Shown: positions 17,857-27,438 of the stretch, piece after piece | Layout: every line of letters starts with the position of its first letter | How positions within the stretch are numbered: position 1 is the first letter of the stretch | Origin: Candidatus Bilamarchaeaceae archaeon | GTDB taxonomy: Archaea; Micrarchaeota; Micrarchaeia; Anstonellales; Bilamarchaeaceae | Assembly: GCA_038870635.1 (NCBI GenBank) | Contig: JAVZJR010000002.1 | Location: 66,792 to 130,791, forward strand | Length of the DNA stretch: 64,000 nucleotides | Reading direction: 5' to 3' | Notes under the pieces: model-generated | The model's database searches: none | What the model saw: only the letters and a program-made list of their open reading frames with translations | What the model was told of the DNA's origin: nothing | Program-made: the position numbers and the translations under genes

Positions 17857-18144
17857 TTACTTTTTTATTAAAATGAGAAATAGCAAAGTTCCTAATATAA
17901 GAGCGCCTATCTTACAGACTATCGGATTTTTGATATCGCTCTTATCAATGTGCCCTGAGTATTTGTGAATGGTTTCAGCAGTGCAGTTTGATACGCATTC
18001 TTCATAACCTGCTTGCGGTTTCCAGCACCTGTCCCATTCCTTATCCCATTTGCCCTTGTAATCCTTGCAGCATTGCACCTCGCAATTTGTGCCTGCAAAA
18101 AGAAGGCCGCCAAGCGTCAAGAGCGTAAATATCATCTTAAGCAT
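17857..18144 (-). CDS. Small secreted Cys-rich protein with C-terminal Cys-TM-basic tail
   Basis: MLKMIFTLLTLGGLLFAG signal-like. Contains CEVQCCKDYKGKWDKEWDRCW. Tail NPIVCKIGALILGTLLFLILIKK. Confidence 0.6.
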   Translation of the reverse strand: MLKMIFTLLTLGGLLFAGTNCEVQCCKDYKGKWDKEWDRCWKPQAGYEECVSNCTAETIHKYSGHIDKSDIKNPIVCKIGALILGTLLFLILIKK

Positions 18145-18169
18145 CTAACCACCTTTCTTATCCAAAACT

Positions 18170-20890
18170 TCAACCATTACTTAAACTTAGCCCAAAAAGT
18201 TGCTTGGCCAAGTCAAACAAGTAATTGAAAACCCCTTTAAAGAAATTCAGCACCTGCTCGATAAATCCGGTTTTTTGGCCACTTCCTCCTGATATTGTTG
18301 ATGACTGTGATTCTACAATAGATGAAAGAGCATAAAAGTTAAGTTTCCCGCTTTTGTATTCTGCAACGTAAATGCCAGTTTCAGTTGCTTCCATCCCTAT
18401 GGGCATGAGCTGTGAAGTTTTATTTATATCTATCTTTGTGTAATTAACAACTTGGTACATCTCAATACCCATAGGATCCCGCCACTCAACTATATATTTA
18501 CTACCAGGGGAAAGCGAGACTCCATTTAAGTCTTTCTGTAAATATCCTCTTAATCTGCCATTTTCGTAAAAGAGGATTTTATTGTATTTCCATGCAACAA
18601 ACTTGTTTTCATCAGCATATGAACCAAGAACAATCTCGTCATTATATTGTATGCCATCATTATCCCGTTGGCCGATATACCGTAATATTTGATGGGCGGG
18701 AGAGTTTAGTGTATAAATACATGAAAATGTATTGCATTCGCCTATAACTCGATTTCTTGATACATCTAATCTTCTTATAATTGTGTTATGTGTTTCTCCG
18801 TTGCAATCGTTCTCAGAACTTAGGAGGCATTCGTCGATATAGCCGTAGCCGGGCGCATAAAATTTACCAGAAGATGTTATAATATCAAGCAACGGAGTTG
18901 CTGATGAATCAGTTAGGCTTTCAGCATATTCTGGCCATTCCCAAATCTCAATTACATTTCCGTTTTGATCAAAGAGATATCCTTTAGGTGTTGTATCTCC
19001 TCTTTTCGCATTTTTTCTCGCCGCGATACCTGCATACAATCGCGAACCATCATACGCAGGTATAAGAGTTGACGCTTGCTTACCCAAGCACATACTATTC
19101 GTCTTATAGGCGTATAATTGATTACCATTCGAGAGGTCATATGCATATATTTTACAGAATAAATCTGTGCTATCTACTGTTAAAACATATGCGTACTTTC
19201 CATTCTTGCTGAACTTAACAACATGTGGTATTTCATTCTGATAAGTTTTTGACCATAAAAGATTAGGCTGTGAAAGTGGCGTGTAATCATCTACAGAATC
19301 TGGTTGTAAGCATTTTATTTCATGTGGTGGTATTTTGATATCAAAAGCATTTTCACTTATCGTAAAATTCTTTATAAGCGCAGTGCAATTTGATGAGGTT
19401 ATTACAATTATACCGTTTGTACCTTTTATTGGTGCGCTTATTACTTCTTTAGCAGTTTCTTCACTGGTGCCGTTAATCTTGCCATACTCTCCTCGATACT
19501 GTCCTTTATCTGTTAGAATATTATACCATCCGCTCGATGGATACCCAACATAGATATTTTTAGGCTTTTCAACGAGTACAAAATCTACGTAGTTATATAT
19601 GTCATGGACATAAGTTATATCGCTATTATTGTAAACGAAATTGATGGTTGTTGAGTTATCAACATATCCATTTTTATGAGCAGTTAGTTTATACTTTCCC
19701 TCTGTCGTAAATGGCCGTAAGTGTCTGAAAGTATACGAACCATCTGCGCGTGTAAGTACTGGTGTTTTACCATTATCTATGTAAACACTTGCGTTTGGGA
19801 TTGGGTTGCCGACTTCATCAACAACTTTCCCTTCAACAATAAGGAATTGGGGATTTACATACACGACCACATAATCAATTAAATTATTATCTACGTCTGT
19901 TATTTCTATTCTAACGTAATCCGGATATGCATCTAAACAGTGAACTTCTGTACTGAAAGTTATAGTCTCGTTGGCGTTAATCGCGAAATCATTGTATGAA
20001 TATTTTTGGTTTCCCAAGTAATAATTTATATAGTAATTGCCTGGCAACTCGCCACGGTTTGTTACGTTGACTTTTATTTCGAATCTATTCGTATGCGGCT
20101 CAATGCGTTTCACTACTGTAGAGCCATCAAAAAATACATCTGGTGGTAGCGGCAAATCGTTAACAATTAATTTATAAGTGTTGTATGACGAATACTCGTC
20201 ATTGTCATCTGCTTCTACCACATTTGGATCTGAAGGCTGAACAACAACTTTTACAACATTAAACATGTCTTTCTCGTGCTCCCAGGGTATGCTGAAGCTC
20301 TTTTCATACCAACAATTTGGATACGGAACATAAGCAGGATTGTAGGGCGTTATGCACTTTAATTTTTCAGTATGTATTAGCTTCATATTGGGCGGGTCGA
20401 GGTTGATTCTATCATCATACCCTGCATAAATGTAAACATCAGCGCTATCTATATAAGCAAAACCTGCATTGATTACGCGGACATATAGTCTTTTTTCTTT
20501 CTCAATATATTTTACAGTGTCACTCGCAACAACCAAATCAGGTGCAAATGCTTTATCATCTCTTGCGCACTCTTCCTTACAACTTTTTATAATAGGTACA
20601 ATGTAAGCATTGATATCGTGTGCACATTGGAGTGATTTCATAACCGTCATAAAATCCGGTCCACGTGTTACATAGCTCGCCCACGCATTTATAATATCCA
20701 AAAACATATCTTTTGTACCGTACGAGCACCATTTAGTTATGAAGACATATGCTGGATTTTGTCTCCAAGCCAAAGTATACGCAGCGCATTGTGAAACACA
20801 AACCTCGGTTTGGTTTACTGCATTTTCAGCATAAAAAGACCCTAAAAACACGATCATTAACAAAAGAGTTTTCAAAACTTTGATTTCCAT
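18170..20890 (-). CDS. Large secreted protein with CarboxypepD_reg-like domain and probable C-terminal beta-propeller-like region
   Basis: 906 aa. Signal-like MEIKVLKTLLLMIVFLGSFYA. VEGKVVDEVGNPIPNASVYIDNGKTPVLTRADGSYTF..YKLTAHKNGY is the CarboxypepD_reg pattern. The propeller call is weak. Confidence 0.65.
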   Translation of the reverse strand: MEIKVLKTLLLMIVFLGSFYAENAVNQTEVCVSQCAAYTLAWRQNPAYVFITKWCSYGTKDMFLDIINAWASYVTRGPDFMTVMKSLQCAHDINAYIVPIIKSCKEECARDDKAFAPDLVVASDTVKYIEKEKRLYVRVINAGFAYIDSADVYIYAGYDDRINLDPPNMKLIHTEKLKCITPYNPAYVPYPNCWYEKSFSIPWEHEKDMFNVVKVVVQPSDPNVVEADDNDEYSSYNTYKLIVNDLPLPPDVFFDGSTVVKRIEPHTNRFEIKVNVTNRGELPGNYYINYYLGNQKYSYNDFAINANETITFSTEVHCLDAYPDYVRIEITDVDNNLIDYVVVYVNPQFLIVEGKVVDEVGNPIPNASVYIDNGKTPVLTRADGSYTFRHLRPFTTEGKYKLTAHKNGYVDNSTTINFVYNNSDITYVHDIYNYVDFVLVEKPKNIYVGYPSSGWYNILTDKGQYRGEYGKINGTSEETAKEVISAPIKGTNGIIVITSSNCTALIKNFTISENAFDIKIPPHEIKCLQPDSVDDYTPLSQPNLLWSKTYQNEIPHVVKFSKNGKYAYVLTVDSTDLFCKIYAYDLSNGNQLYAYKTNSMCLGKQASTLIPAYDGSRLYAGIAARKNAKRGDTTPKGYLFDQNGNVIEIWEWPEYAESLTDSSATPLLDIITSSGKFYAPGYGYIDECLLSSENDCNGETHNTIIRRLDVSRNRVIGECNTFSCIYTLNSPAHQILRYIGQRDNDGIQYNDEIVLGSYADENKFVAWKYNKILFYENGRLRGYLQKDLNGVSLSPGSKYIVEWRDPMGIEMYQVVNYTKIDINKTSQLMPIGMEATETGIYVAEYKSGKLNFYALSSIVESQSSTISGGSGQKTGFIEQVLNFFKGVFNYLFDLAKQLFGLSLSNG

Positions 20891-20971
20891 GCACTATATC
20901 TTTTTTCGAATATTTTAAGATTCTTTTCATATCTTATATATTTATAAACGTATTCATTTAAACTTATATTC

Positions 20972-21232
20972 GTGAAAACTAATATAAATTACAAGATTGT
21001 GCAAGCAATTTCTTCAGAAACAAGGATAAAAATTATGGAAGTGCTGGCAAAAGGCGAAGAATGTGCATGCAAACTTCCATCAGCGGTAAATAAGAGTCAG
21101 CCCGCGGTATCGCAGCATCTTGCTATTCTACGAAGCGCAGGGTTGGTAAGAGTAAGAAAAGAAGGTACTATGATGAAATATTCGCTCAGTGAAAAAGGAA
21201 AAAAAATAGTTCAAGACATGTGGAGGTGGTAG
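20972..21232 (+). CDS. arsR: ArsR/SmtB-family HTH transcriptional regulator
   Basis: 86 aa. ECACKL..SQPAVSQHLAILRSAGLVRVRKEG is the ArsR wHTH signature. GTG start. Confidence 0.8.
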   Translation: MKTNINYKIVQAISSETRIKIMEVLAKGEECACKLPSAVNKSQPAVSQHLAILRSAGLVRVRKEGTMMKYSLSEKGKKIVQDMWRW

Positions 21233-21233
21233 T

Positions 21234-21461
21234 ATGAAAATAGAGATATTGGGAAGCGGATGCTCAAGATGCAAAATGCTTGAATCAAATGTTGTAGACG
21301 CAGTCAAGCGCAGCGGAAAGAAAGCAGAGATTGTTAAAATAACGAAATATGAAGATATCGTGTCTTACGGTGTTATGTCCACTCCTGCACTGGTCATAGA
21401 TGGCAGGATAGTATCACAGGGAAGGATACCGAGCTCTGATGAAATCTTAAAAATGTTGTGA
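21234..21461 (+). CDS. Small thioredoxin-fold protein (redox-active disulfide protein 2 type)
   Basis: 75 aa. MKIEILGSGCSRCK (CxxC) ... STPALVIDGRIV, which matches the MTH895-like thioredoxin pattern. Confidence 0.75.
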   Translation: MKIEILGSGCSRCKMLESNVVDAVKRSGKKAEIVKITKYEDIVSYGVMSTPALVIDGRIVSQGRIPSSDEILKML

Positions 21462-21465
21462 TAAA

Positions 21466-22431
21466 ATGGGCGTATTGGAAGATTTTGGCGGATGGGTGGT
21501 GTATAATCTATTCGGAATGGTGCATGGCGACCCTTTAGCAGAAGCCCTCCATTTTTTTATCTACGACACAATAAAAATATTTCTTTTATTGTTTTTTATA
21601 ACGTTTATTGTTGGCATACTCAGAACATACATCACACCAGAAAGAATACGCGCATTCTTAGCGCATCGAAAATACGGAAGTGGAAACATAATGGCGGCGT
21701 TGTTAGGGATACCAACACCATTTTGCACCTGTTCTATTATACCTCTCTTCATTGGTTTTATACGTGCAGGTGTACCTTTGGGTATTACTTTTAGTTTACT
21801 TATAGCCAGTCCAGTTATCAACGAAGTTGCAATAGTTATGCTGCTTGGCTTAGTTGGCCCTTATATAACAGCATTGTATATAGGGATTGGTTTTGTCATA
21901 GCAGTAGTCGTTGGCTATATTTTGGGGTTAATGAACCTCGATGATCAGATAGAAGAATTTGTTACTAAGGGAAATGCAGGAAAGATTGCGGAAAATGAAA
22001 ATTCAAACTTAAAATTCAAAGAAAGGATTACGATTGCGTTAGAAGAAAGCAAAGATTTACTTTCACAAGTATGGTTTTATATTTTTATTGGGATAGGGGT
22101 AGGTAGTTTTATTCATGGTTATGTACCCGAGGATTTTTTTGTTAATTACGCTGGACCACAAAATCCATTTGCAGTGCCAATCGCCATTATAATAGGAATT
22201 CCTTTATATTCAAATGCCGCAGGAGCAATACCAATAATACAAGCACTTATGAATAAAGGAATGGCTACAGGAACAGCATTGGTGCTGATGATGAGTATAA
22301 CTGCGTTATCTTTTCCCCAGTTGCTTATACTGAGAAAAGTAGTAAAGACAAAACTTCTCTTGACGCTTGTGGCTATATTGGCGATTTCATTTATATTTAT
22401 CGGTTACTTGTTAAATTACTTGATTGGATAA
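21466..22431 (+). CDS. Permease of the ArsP/DUF318 family
   Basis: 321 aa, polytopic. TPFCTCSIIPLF contains a vicinal-Cys motif. It is coupled to arsR and the small thioredoxin gene with gaps of 1 and 4 nt. Confidence 0.7.
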   Translation: MGVLEDFGGWVVYNLFGMVHGDPLAEALHFFIYDTIKIFLLLFFITFIVGILRTYITPERIRAFLAHRKYGSGNIMAALLGIPTPFCTCSIIPLFIGFIRAGVPLGITFSLLIASPVINEVAIVMLLGLVGPYITALYIGIGFVIAVVVGYILGLMNLDDQIEEFVTKGNAGKIAENENSNLKFKERITIALEESKDLLSQVWFYIFIGIGVGSFIHGYVPEDFFVNYAGPQNPFAVPIAIIIGIPLYSNAAGAIPIIQALMNKGMATGTALVLMMSITALSFPQLLILRKVVKTKLLLTLVAILAISFIFIGYLLNYLIG

Positions 22432-23196
22432 TTAACTTTTCATATTTTCGAATGCCTTTGCGCCCACGATGTTTGCAACTATCACAAAAACCAGTGTTAT
22501 TACTAAATCAGTTGTTGTATCATACTGCCATATGTTAACTACGGTGCCTCGCATAAGATCAACAGTATATGTAAGCGGGTTAACTATTGTAAGCAAAGCC
22601 AAAATACCTGTAAGATTGGTAACTGGAAAGAGTGCACCAGAGAGGAAAAACAAAGGGAATAATATCAGTGAAGAAAGGAGTTGAAATCCTTCTGGTGATT
22701 CCATAAAAGCGCCAACTGTTAATCCGATAGCAGTTAAGCCTGCTGAGCTAAGTGCAACAAGACTAATTGCGTTAATTATCACACCAAATGAATAATTCAT
22801 GCCAATAAGATAGCCAAAGAGAAGTATTACAAGCGCCTCAATAATCGATGTTGTTACACCACCTAAAACTTTTCCAATAAAGATAGACGACCTACCCAGA
22901 GGAGAAACAAGCACTGCTTTTAGTACATCTATTTTTTTATCCCAAACAAGATATGCCCCGTAAAATAATGACGAAAAAAGGAATGTTTGAACAAGAACAC
23001 CTGGGAATATGAATTTTTGGTAATCCGCTCCTTCGATTATTACACTGCGGGATAACCCGGCCCCAAAAATAACTAGCCAAATTATAGGTCCAACAAGGAC
23101 CGAAACTAATCTTGGTTTTTCCCTGTAAAATACTTTTAATTCTCTCCACCATATAGCGTATACCCCTGCCAAAGTGCTTATTTTGTTTTCTTTCAT
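22432..23196 (-). CDS. ABC-2 type transporter permease
   Basis: 254 aa, about six hydrophobic segments. There is a 4-bp overlap with the upstream ATPase gene. Confidence 0.75.
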   Translation of the reverse strand: MKENKISTLAGVYAIWWRELKVFYREKPRLVSVLVGPIIWLVIFGAGLSRSVIIEGADYQKFIFPGVLVQTFLFSSLFYGAYLVWDKKIDVLKAVLVSPLGRSSIFIGKVLGGVTTSIIEALVILLFGYLIGMNYSFGVIINAISLVALSSAGLTAIGLTVGAFMESPEGFQLLSSLILFPLFFLSGALFPVTNLTGILALLTIVNPLTYTVDLMRGTVVNIWQYDTTTDLVITLVFVIVANIVGAKAFENMKS

Positions 23197-24155
23197 TTAT
23201 TTGTCACCTCATACTGTATGACCTTTTGAAACCAGCTGCTCTCTTCTTCTTCAAGTCCTTTTCCAGTAAATCTTAGAAAAACATCTCCTAATGTAGGTCT
23301 GTGTACCTCTACATATTCAGTATCAATATTTCTTAAGATGGTTTGTAGGTTTTGTGCCGCATTTTCAACAGTAACTAAAAAGCGGCCTTTCTTTTTTTCT
23401 ATTTTCTTAACGAAACTGAATTGCTTTAACTTTTTTATGTCGAGATTTTTTGCTGTTAACAATACAAGGTCGCCCCCCATCATTTGTTTTAATTTTTCAG
23501 GTTTGTCTGTTATTACTGCGTGACCATGATCTATTATACAAACGCGATCTGTAAGGCTATCCGCTTCCTCCATGTAGTGTGTTGTTAATAATATAGTCAT
23601 CTCCAACTCTTTAACTAAGCGTTTTATATACCTCCAAATAATCTCTCTGCCGCGGGGGTCAAGACCTAGCGTGGGTTCATCTAAAAAAAGTACTTTTGGC
23701 TTATGCAGAAGGCCACGTGCAATCTCCAATCTTCTTCTCATTCCACCAGAATATGTTTTTACAAGTGAATCTTTTCTATCGTATAACTCAACAAGATTTA
23801 GATTTTCCTCTATACGCTTTTCTATTTCATCCTTTGGTATACCATATATCAATGAATGCATTTTAAGATTCTCGTAACCTGTGAGTAGTTCATCAGAGCT
23901 TGGTTCTTGGAATACTATTCCTATACTCTCTCTTACTTTAGTTTGTTGCGTGCAGATATCGTATCCATTTACTTTTGCAGTCCCTTTGGTTGGAGCGATT
24001 AATGTAGAAAGCATCTTTATTGTAGTTGTTTTCCCAGCGCCATTTGGTCCAAGGAATCCAAAAACTTCTCCTTCTTCTATATTTATATTTAAATCTTTAA
24101 CTGCTTTTATTTTACCATAGTTCTTTGTTAAATTAATGGTTTTTATAATTGGCAT
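23193..24155 (-). CDS. ABC transporter ATP-binding protein (ABC-2/DrrA-like)
   Basis: Walker A GPNGAGKTT, signature YSGGMRRRL, Walker B VLFLDEPT. Confidence 0.9.
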   Translation of the reverse strand: MPIIKTINLTKNYGKIKAVKDLNINIEEGEVFGFLGPNGAGKTTTIKMLSTLIAPTKGTAKVNGYDICTQQTKVRESIGIVFQEPSSDELLTGYENLKMHSLIYGIPKDEIEKRIEENLNLVELYDRKDSLVKTYSGGMRRRLEIARGLLHKPKVLFLDEPTLGLDPRGREIIWRYIKRLVKELEMTILLTTHYMEEADSLTDRVCIIDHGHAVITDKPEKLKQMMGGDLVLLTAKNLDIKKLKQFSFVKKIEKKKGRFLVTVENAAQNLQTILRNIDTEYVEVHRPTLGDVFLRFTGKGLEEEESSWFQKVIQYEVTNK

Positions 24156-24180
24156 GCCTAAAATAATGCAAACAATTAAT

Positions 24181-24357
24181 TTAATACTTTCTTAAATTAA
24201 AATTTATTATAAACTCTTCATCGTCCTGTTTTTTTACGAAAGATATTCTATCATCATTAGCGTATACCATTTTGAAATCATTCCAGCCTAACGCTAACAT
24301 AAGAAAGCTCATCGCTTCCCATTTTTTTTCTTTGTCTTCATTTAAGATATATTTCAT
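24181..24357 (-). CDS. Possible small protein (58 aa), hypothetical
   Basis: An ATG..TAA ORF below the ORF-track cutoff (MKYILNEDKEKKWEAMSFLMLALGWNDFKMVYANDDRISFVKKQDDEEFIINFNLRKY). It fills an otherwise empty 305-bp gap between same-strand genes. No family was recognised. Confidence 0.25.
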   Translation of the reverse strand: MKYILNEDKEKKWEAMSFLMLALGWNDFKMVYANDDRISFVKKQDDEEFIINFNLRKY

Positions 24358-24460
24358 TATTTTTTCAATTTTTTCATATTTTTCAAACGCTGTCTTATTT
24401 TTGTTCAGTCCTCTTTTGTGTTCTTATTTTGCTATAATTGTTATAAGATGAAAAAACTAT

Positions 24461-27142
24461 TTATTTGTTTTGATTTTGATTAAATTCTGCCTCCTCATTG
24501 TTCTCGAAATTTTTTATATACCACATTTTTACTAATTGCGTAAGCACAAAATAAGACGCGATTATGATTGGGAGTACTATCCAATAAGTGAGTGGCAATT
24601 CAACAAAACCTAAAGCAGGAGCAAGAGGTGAAAAAACAAGAGCGATGGCTATCACAGATATTGCTACAGACGCAAATAACAATTGAGGGGAGGCCATGCT
24701 TTCTATAAAAGGTATCCTATTTGTTCTTATAATGTGTATGATTAAGCTTTGTGTTATGAGCGATTCTATAAACCAACCAGTATGGAATAATGCCGCTTTT
24801 TCTATTGTGTTCGCACCGATTACAAACCACATAAAACCATAAGTTATGTAATCAAAAATAGAACTTACCGGTCCTATGAATACAATGAAATTTTTTATTT
24901 TATCAAGGTTCCATTTTTTTGGTTTTGATAGCCATTCTTTATCAACGTTATCCGTAGGGATAGCAGTTTGAGAAAGATCATAAAGGAGATTATTTGTTAA
25001 TATCTGGAGAGGAAGCATTGGGAGGAATGGTAATAAAATCGATGCACCAACAACAGAAAACATATTCCCGAAGTTGGAGCTTGCAGCCATTCTGACATAT
25101 TTTACAATATTGCCAAAAACTCGTCTTCCTTCTATTATTCCATCTTCTAATACAAGAAGATTTTTTTCTAATAGTATTACATCAGATGTTTCTTTTGCTA
25201 TATCTACAGCAGAATCAACTGAAATGCCCACATCCGCTGCTTTTAGAGCCGGCGCATCATTTATACCATCCCCAAGATAACCTACTGTATGCTTATTTTT
25301 TTGGAGCGCTCTTATTATTCTTTCTTTGTGCATTGGCGAAAGTTTAACAAATATGTTATTATGTTCAACAGTTATCTTAAGCTCCTCATCATCCATCTTA
25401 TCTATATCATTTCCAAAAACTATTCCTTTTATTTCCATTCCTATATCACGTGCTATTTTTTTAGTGACTAAGTCATTGTCACCGGTCAATATTTTTACTT
25501 CGATACCATTGTCTTTCATTAGTTTTACTGCTTCACTTGCGCTTTCTTTTGGTGGGTCTAAAAATGCAACAAAACCTATTAGGGTCAAATCATTTTCGTC
25601 TTGTATTGAATATATTTTTTTCTCCATTGGTACTTCTTTATAGGCTATTGCTATCACTCTGAACCCATCTTCGCAAAGCGATCTTACTAAGTTTTTCATC
25701 TCTTCAAAGTCATTGGTGGTTGGTTTCCTTTTCTTACCATTGTACTCTACATTTTTTGTTACCTCAAATATTTCCTCCACCGACCCTTTGCATATCAGGA
25801 GCTGTTTTTCATTCTTTTGGTTTACGATAACTGACATTCTCTTTCTTTTAAAGTCCCACGGTATCTCATCTACTTTTGTGTAGTTCTTCATTTGGTGGGT
25901 GAGATTTTTTTGATTACCATATTCTACTACTGATATGTCCATCATATTCTTCAGGCCTGTTTGGTGATAGCTGTTGGTATACGCATAAAGTAATACTTCA
26001 TCGTTTTCATCTCCTCGTATGTCTATGTGTTTTTCCAATATAACGCGCCCTTGTGTTAAGGTGCCTGTTTTATCTGTGCAAAGTATGTCTATGGCACCAA
26101 AATTTTGAATTGAGTTGAGTCTTTTGACTATGACTTTTTTCTCCGCCATTTTTGTTGCTCCCTGTGCAAGGTTAACGCTTACTATCATCGGCAGCATCTC
26201 TGGAGTTAAACCAACTGCAACTGCTATTGCAAAAAGGAGCGCTTCTCCAAGGTCGTTCTTTGTTATTGCGTTTATAAGGAAAATAAGCGGCACCATAACG
26301 AGCATGAATTTTATCATCAAAATTGTGAATCCTTCTATTCCCTTATCGAATTCTGTTTTCACTTGTAGATGCTGAAGGCTTTCTGCTATTGCACCAAAGT
26401 AGGTGTGCTGGCCAGTGGCAATTATAACTGCAGTAGCAGTGCCGCTTTCTACGTTAGTGCCCATAAAACACATATTCTGCAGTTCAAATGGGCTATGCAC
26501 CTCCTTGTGGTCTCGCGGTATTGCGTGTTTCTCAACTGGCAATGCTTCTCCTGTGAGCGTGCATTGATTAACGAAAAGATCTTTTGATTCTATTAACCTG
26601 ACATCTGCTGGCACTATATCTCCTGCGGATAAATATATCACGTCGCCCGGCACAAGGTTAATTATTGGTATTTCTTGCTTTTGTCCATTTCTTATTACTG
26701 TTGCAGTTGTTCTTACCATTGCTTTTAGTTTTTCAGCAGCCTCATCTGCTTTTGTTTCTTGTAAAAATCGCAACAGCACTGCCACTAAAATCATAAATAA
26801 TATTATTATTGTGGATGGAATGTTTTCTGTAAGATATGAAACTATTGCCAACAAAGTGAGGAGGAGGTTCAATGGATTTTTATATGCTTCTATAAGATAG
26901 TCGAGCTTACTTTTTTTAACTATCTTAATCGCTCTGTTTTCGCCATACGCCCTAAGTCTTATCTTCGCTTCTCTGGTCGTTAATCCAGTTGGCGTAGTCT
27001 TAAGTTTTTCAAAAAGGGCGTTTATTTCCATTCCAGATGTTTCTATTATATTGCTTGAAAGTCGGATGTATTTCTCTATTCGTGGTTTGTATTTTTTTTT
27101 CTTTGGCTGTGTTAGAAAATCTAATACGCCCACGTTTCCCAC
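24461..27142 (-). CDS. mgtA: Magnesium-transporting P-type ATPase (MgtA-type)
   Basis: 893 aa. Contains ICTDKTGTLTQ (phosphorylation site), TGDN and GDGINDAPAL. The N-terminal GLTTREAKIRLRAYGEN and overall layout resemble MgtA/MgtB. The exact start is uncertain. Confidence 0.85.
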   Translation of the reverse strand: MGNVGVLDFLTQPKKKKYKPRIEKYIRLSSNIIETSGMEINALFEKLKTTPTGLTTREAKIRLRAYGENRAIKIVKKSKLDYLIEAYKNPLNLLLTLLAIVSYLTENIPSTIIILFMILVAVLLRFLQETKADEAAEKLKAMVRTTATVIRNGQKQEIPIINLVPGDVIYLSAGDIVPADVRLIESKDLFVNQCTLTGEALPVEKHAIPRDHKEVHSPFELQNMCFMGTNVESGTATAVIIATGQHTYFGAIAESLQHLQVKTEFDKGIEGFTILMIKFMLVMVPLIFLINAITKNDLGEALLFAIAVAVGLTPEMLPMIVSVNLAQGATKMAEKKVIVKRLNSIQNFGAIDILCTDKTGTLTQGRVILEKHIDIRGDENDEVLLYAYTNSYHQTGLKNMMDISVVEYGNQKNLTHQMKNYTKVDEIPWDFKRKRMSVIVNQKNEKQLLICKGSVEEIFEVTKNVEYNGKKRKPTTNDFEEMKNLVRSLCEDGFRVIAIAYKEVPMEKKIYSIQDENDLTLIGFVAFLDPPKESASEAVKLMKDNGIEVKILTGDNDLVTKKIARDIGMEIKGIVFGNDIDKMDDEELKITVEHNNIFVKLSPMHKERIIRALQKNKHTVGYLGDGINDAPALKAADVGISVDSAVDIAKETSDVILLEKNLLVLEDGIIEGRRVFGNIVKYVRMAASSNFGNMFSVVGASILLPFLPMLPLQILTNNLLYDLSQTAIPTDNVDKEWLSKPKKWNLDKIKNFIVFIGPVSSIFDYITYGFMWFVIGANTIEKAALFHTGWFIESLITQSLIIHIIRTNRIPFIESMASPQLLFASVAISVIAIALVFSPLAPALGFVELPLTYWIVLPIIIASYFVLTQLVKMWYIKNFENNEEAEFNQNQNK

Positions 27143-27438
27143 CTTGCAAAAATCTTTTGCAGCTAAGATATATATTCTTTTCTCAATTACATTTTTTGAT
27201 GAATACCATTACAAACAAAAAAATGCCTCAATCACTTGCCGTAGGTTTACTTAAAGATGATGAGCGTATTCTTTTTTTAATTTAGATGAAAAAGAAAAGA
27301 AACATTTGAAATCCCCATAGTTCCAGTTTTTGAAGGAGAAAATCATATTTTTTTGCTTAAGAATTTTTTTCTAAATGTTGCAAATTTGGATGTGGAGGGA
27401 GGTGATGTTCTATAAAATTACAGTTAGTTATTACCTTT

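Noticed and set aside
27303-27320. catttgaaatcccc resembling the tRNA-Glu T-arm (ttcaaatccc) as a possible distal att site
   Set aside because: Only about 9 of 10 nt match, the orientation is inverted relative to the tRNA gene, and no flanking acceptor-stem sequence is present. This is consistent with chance.
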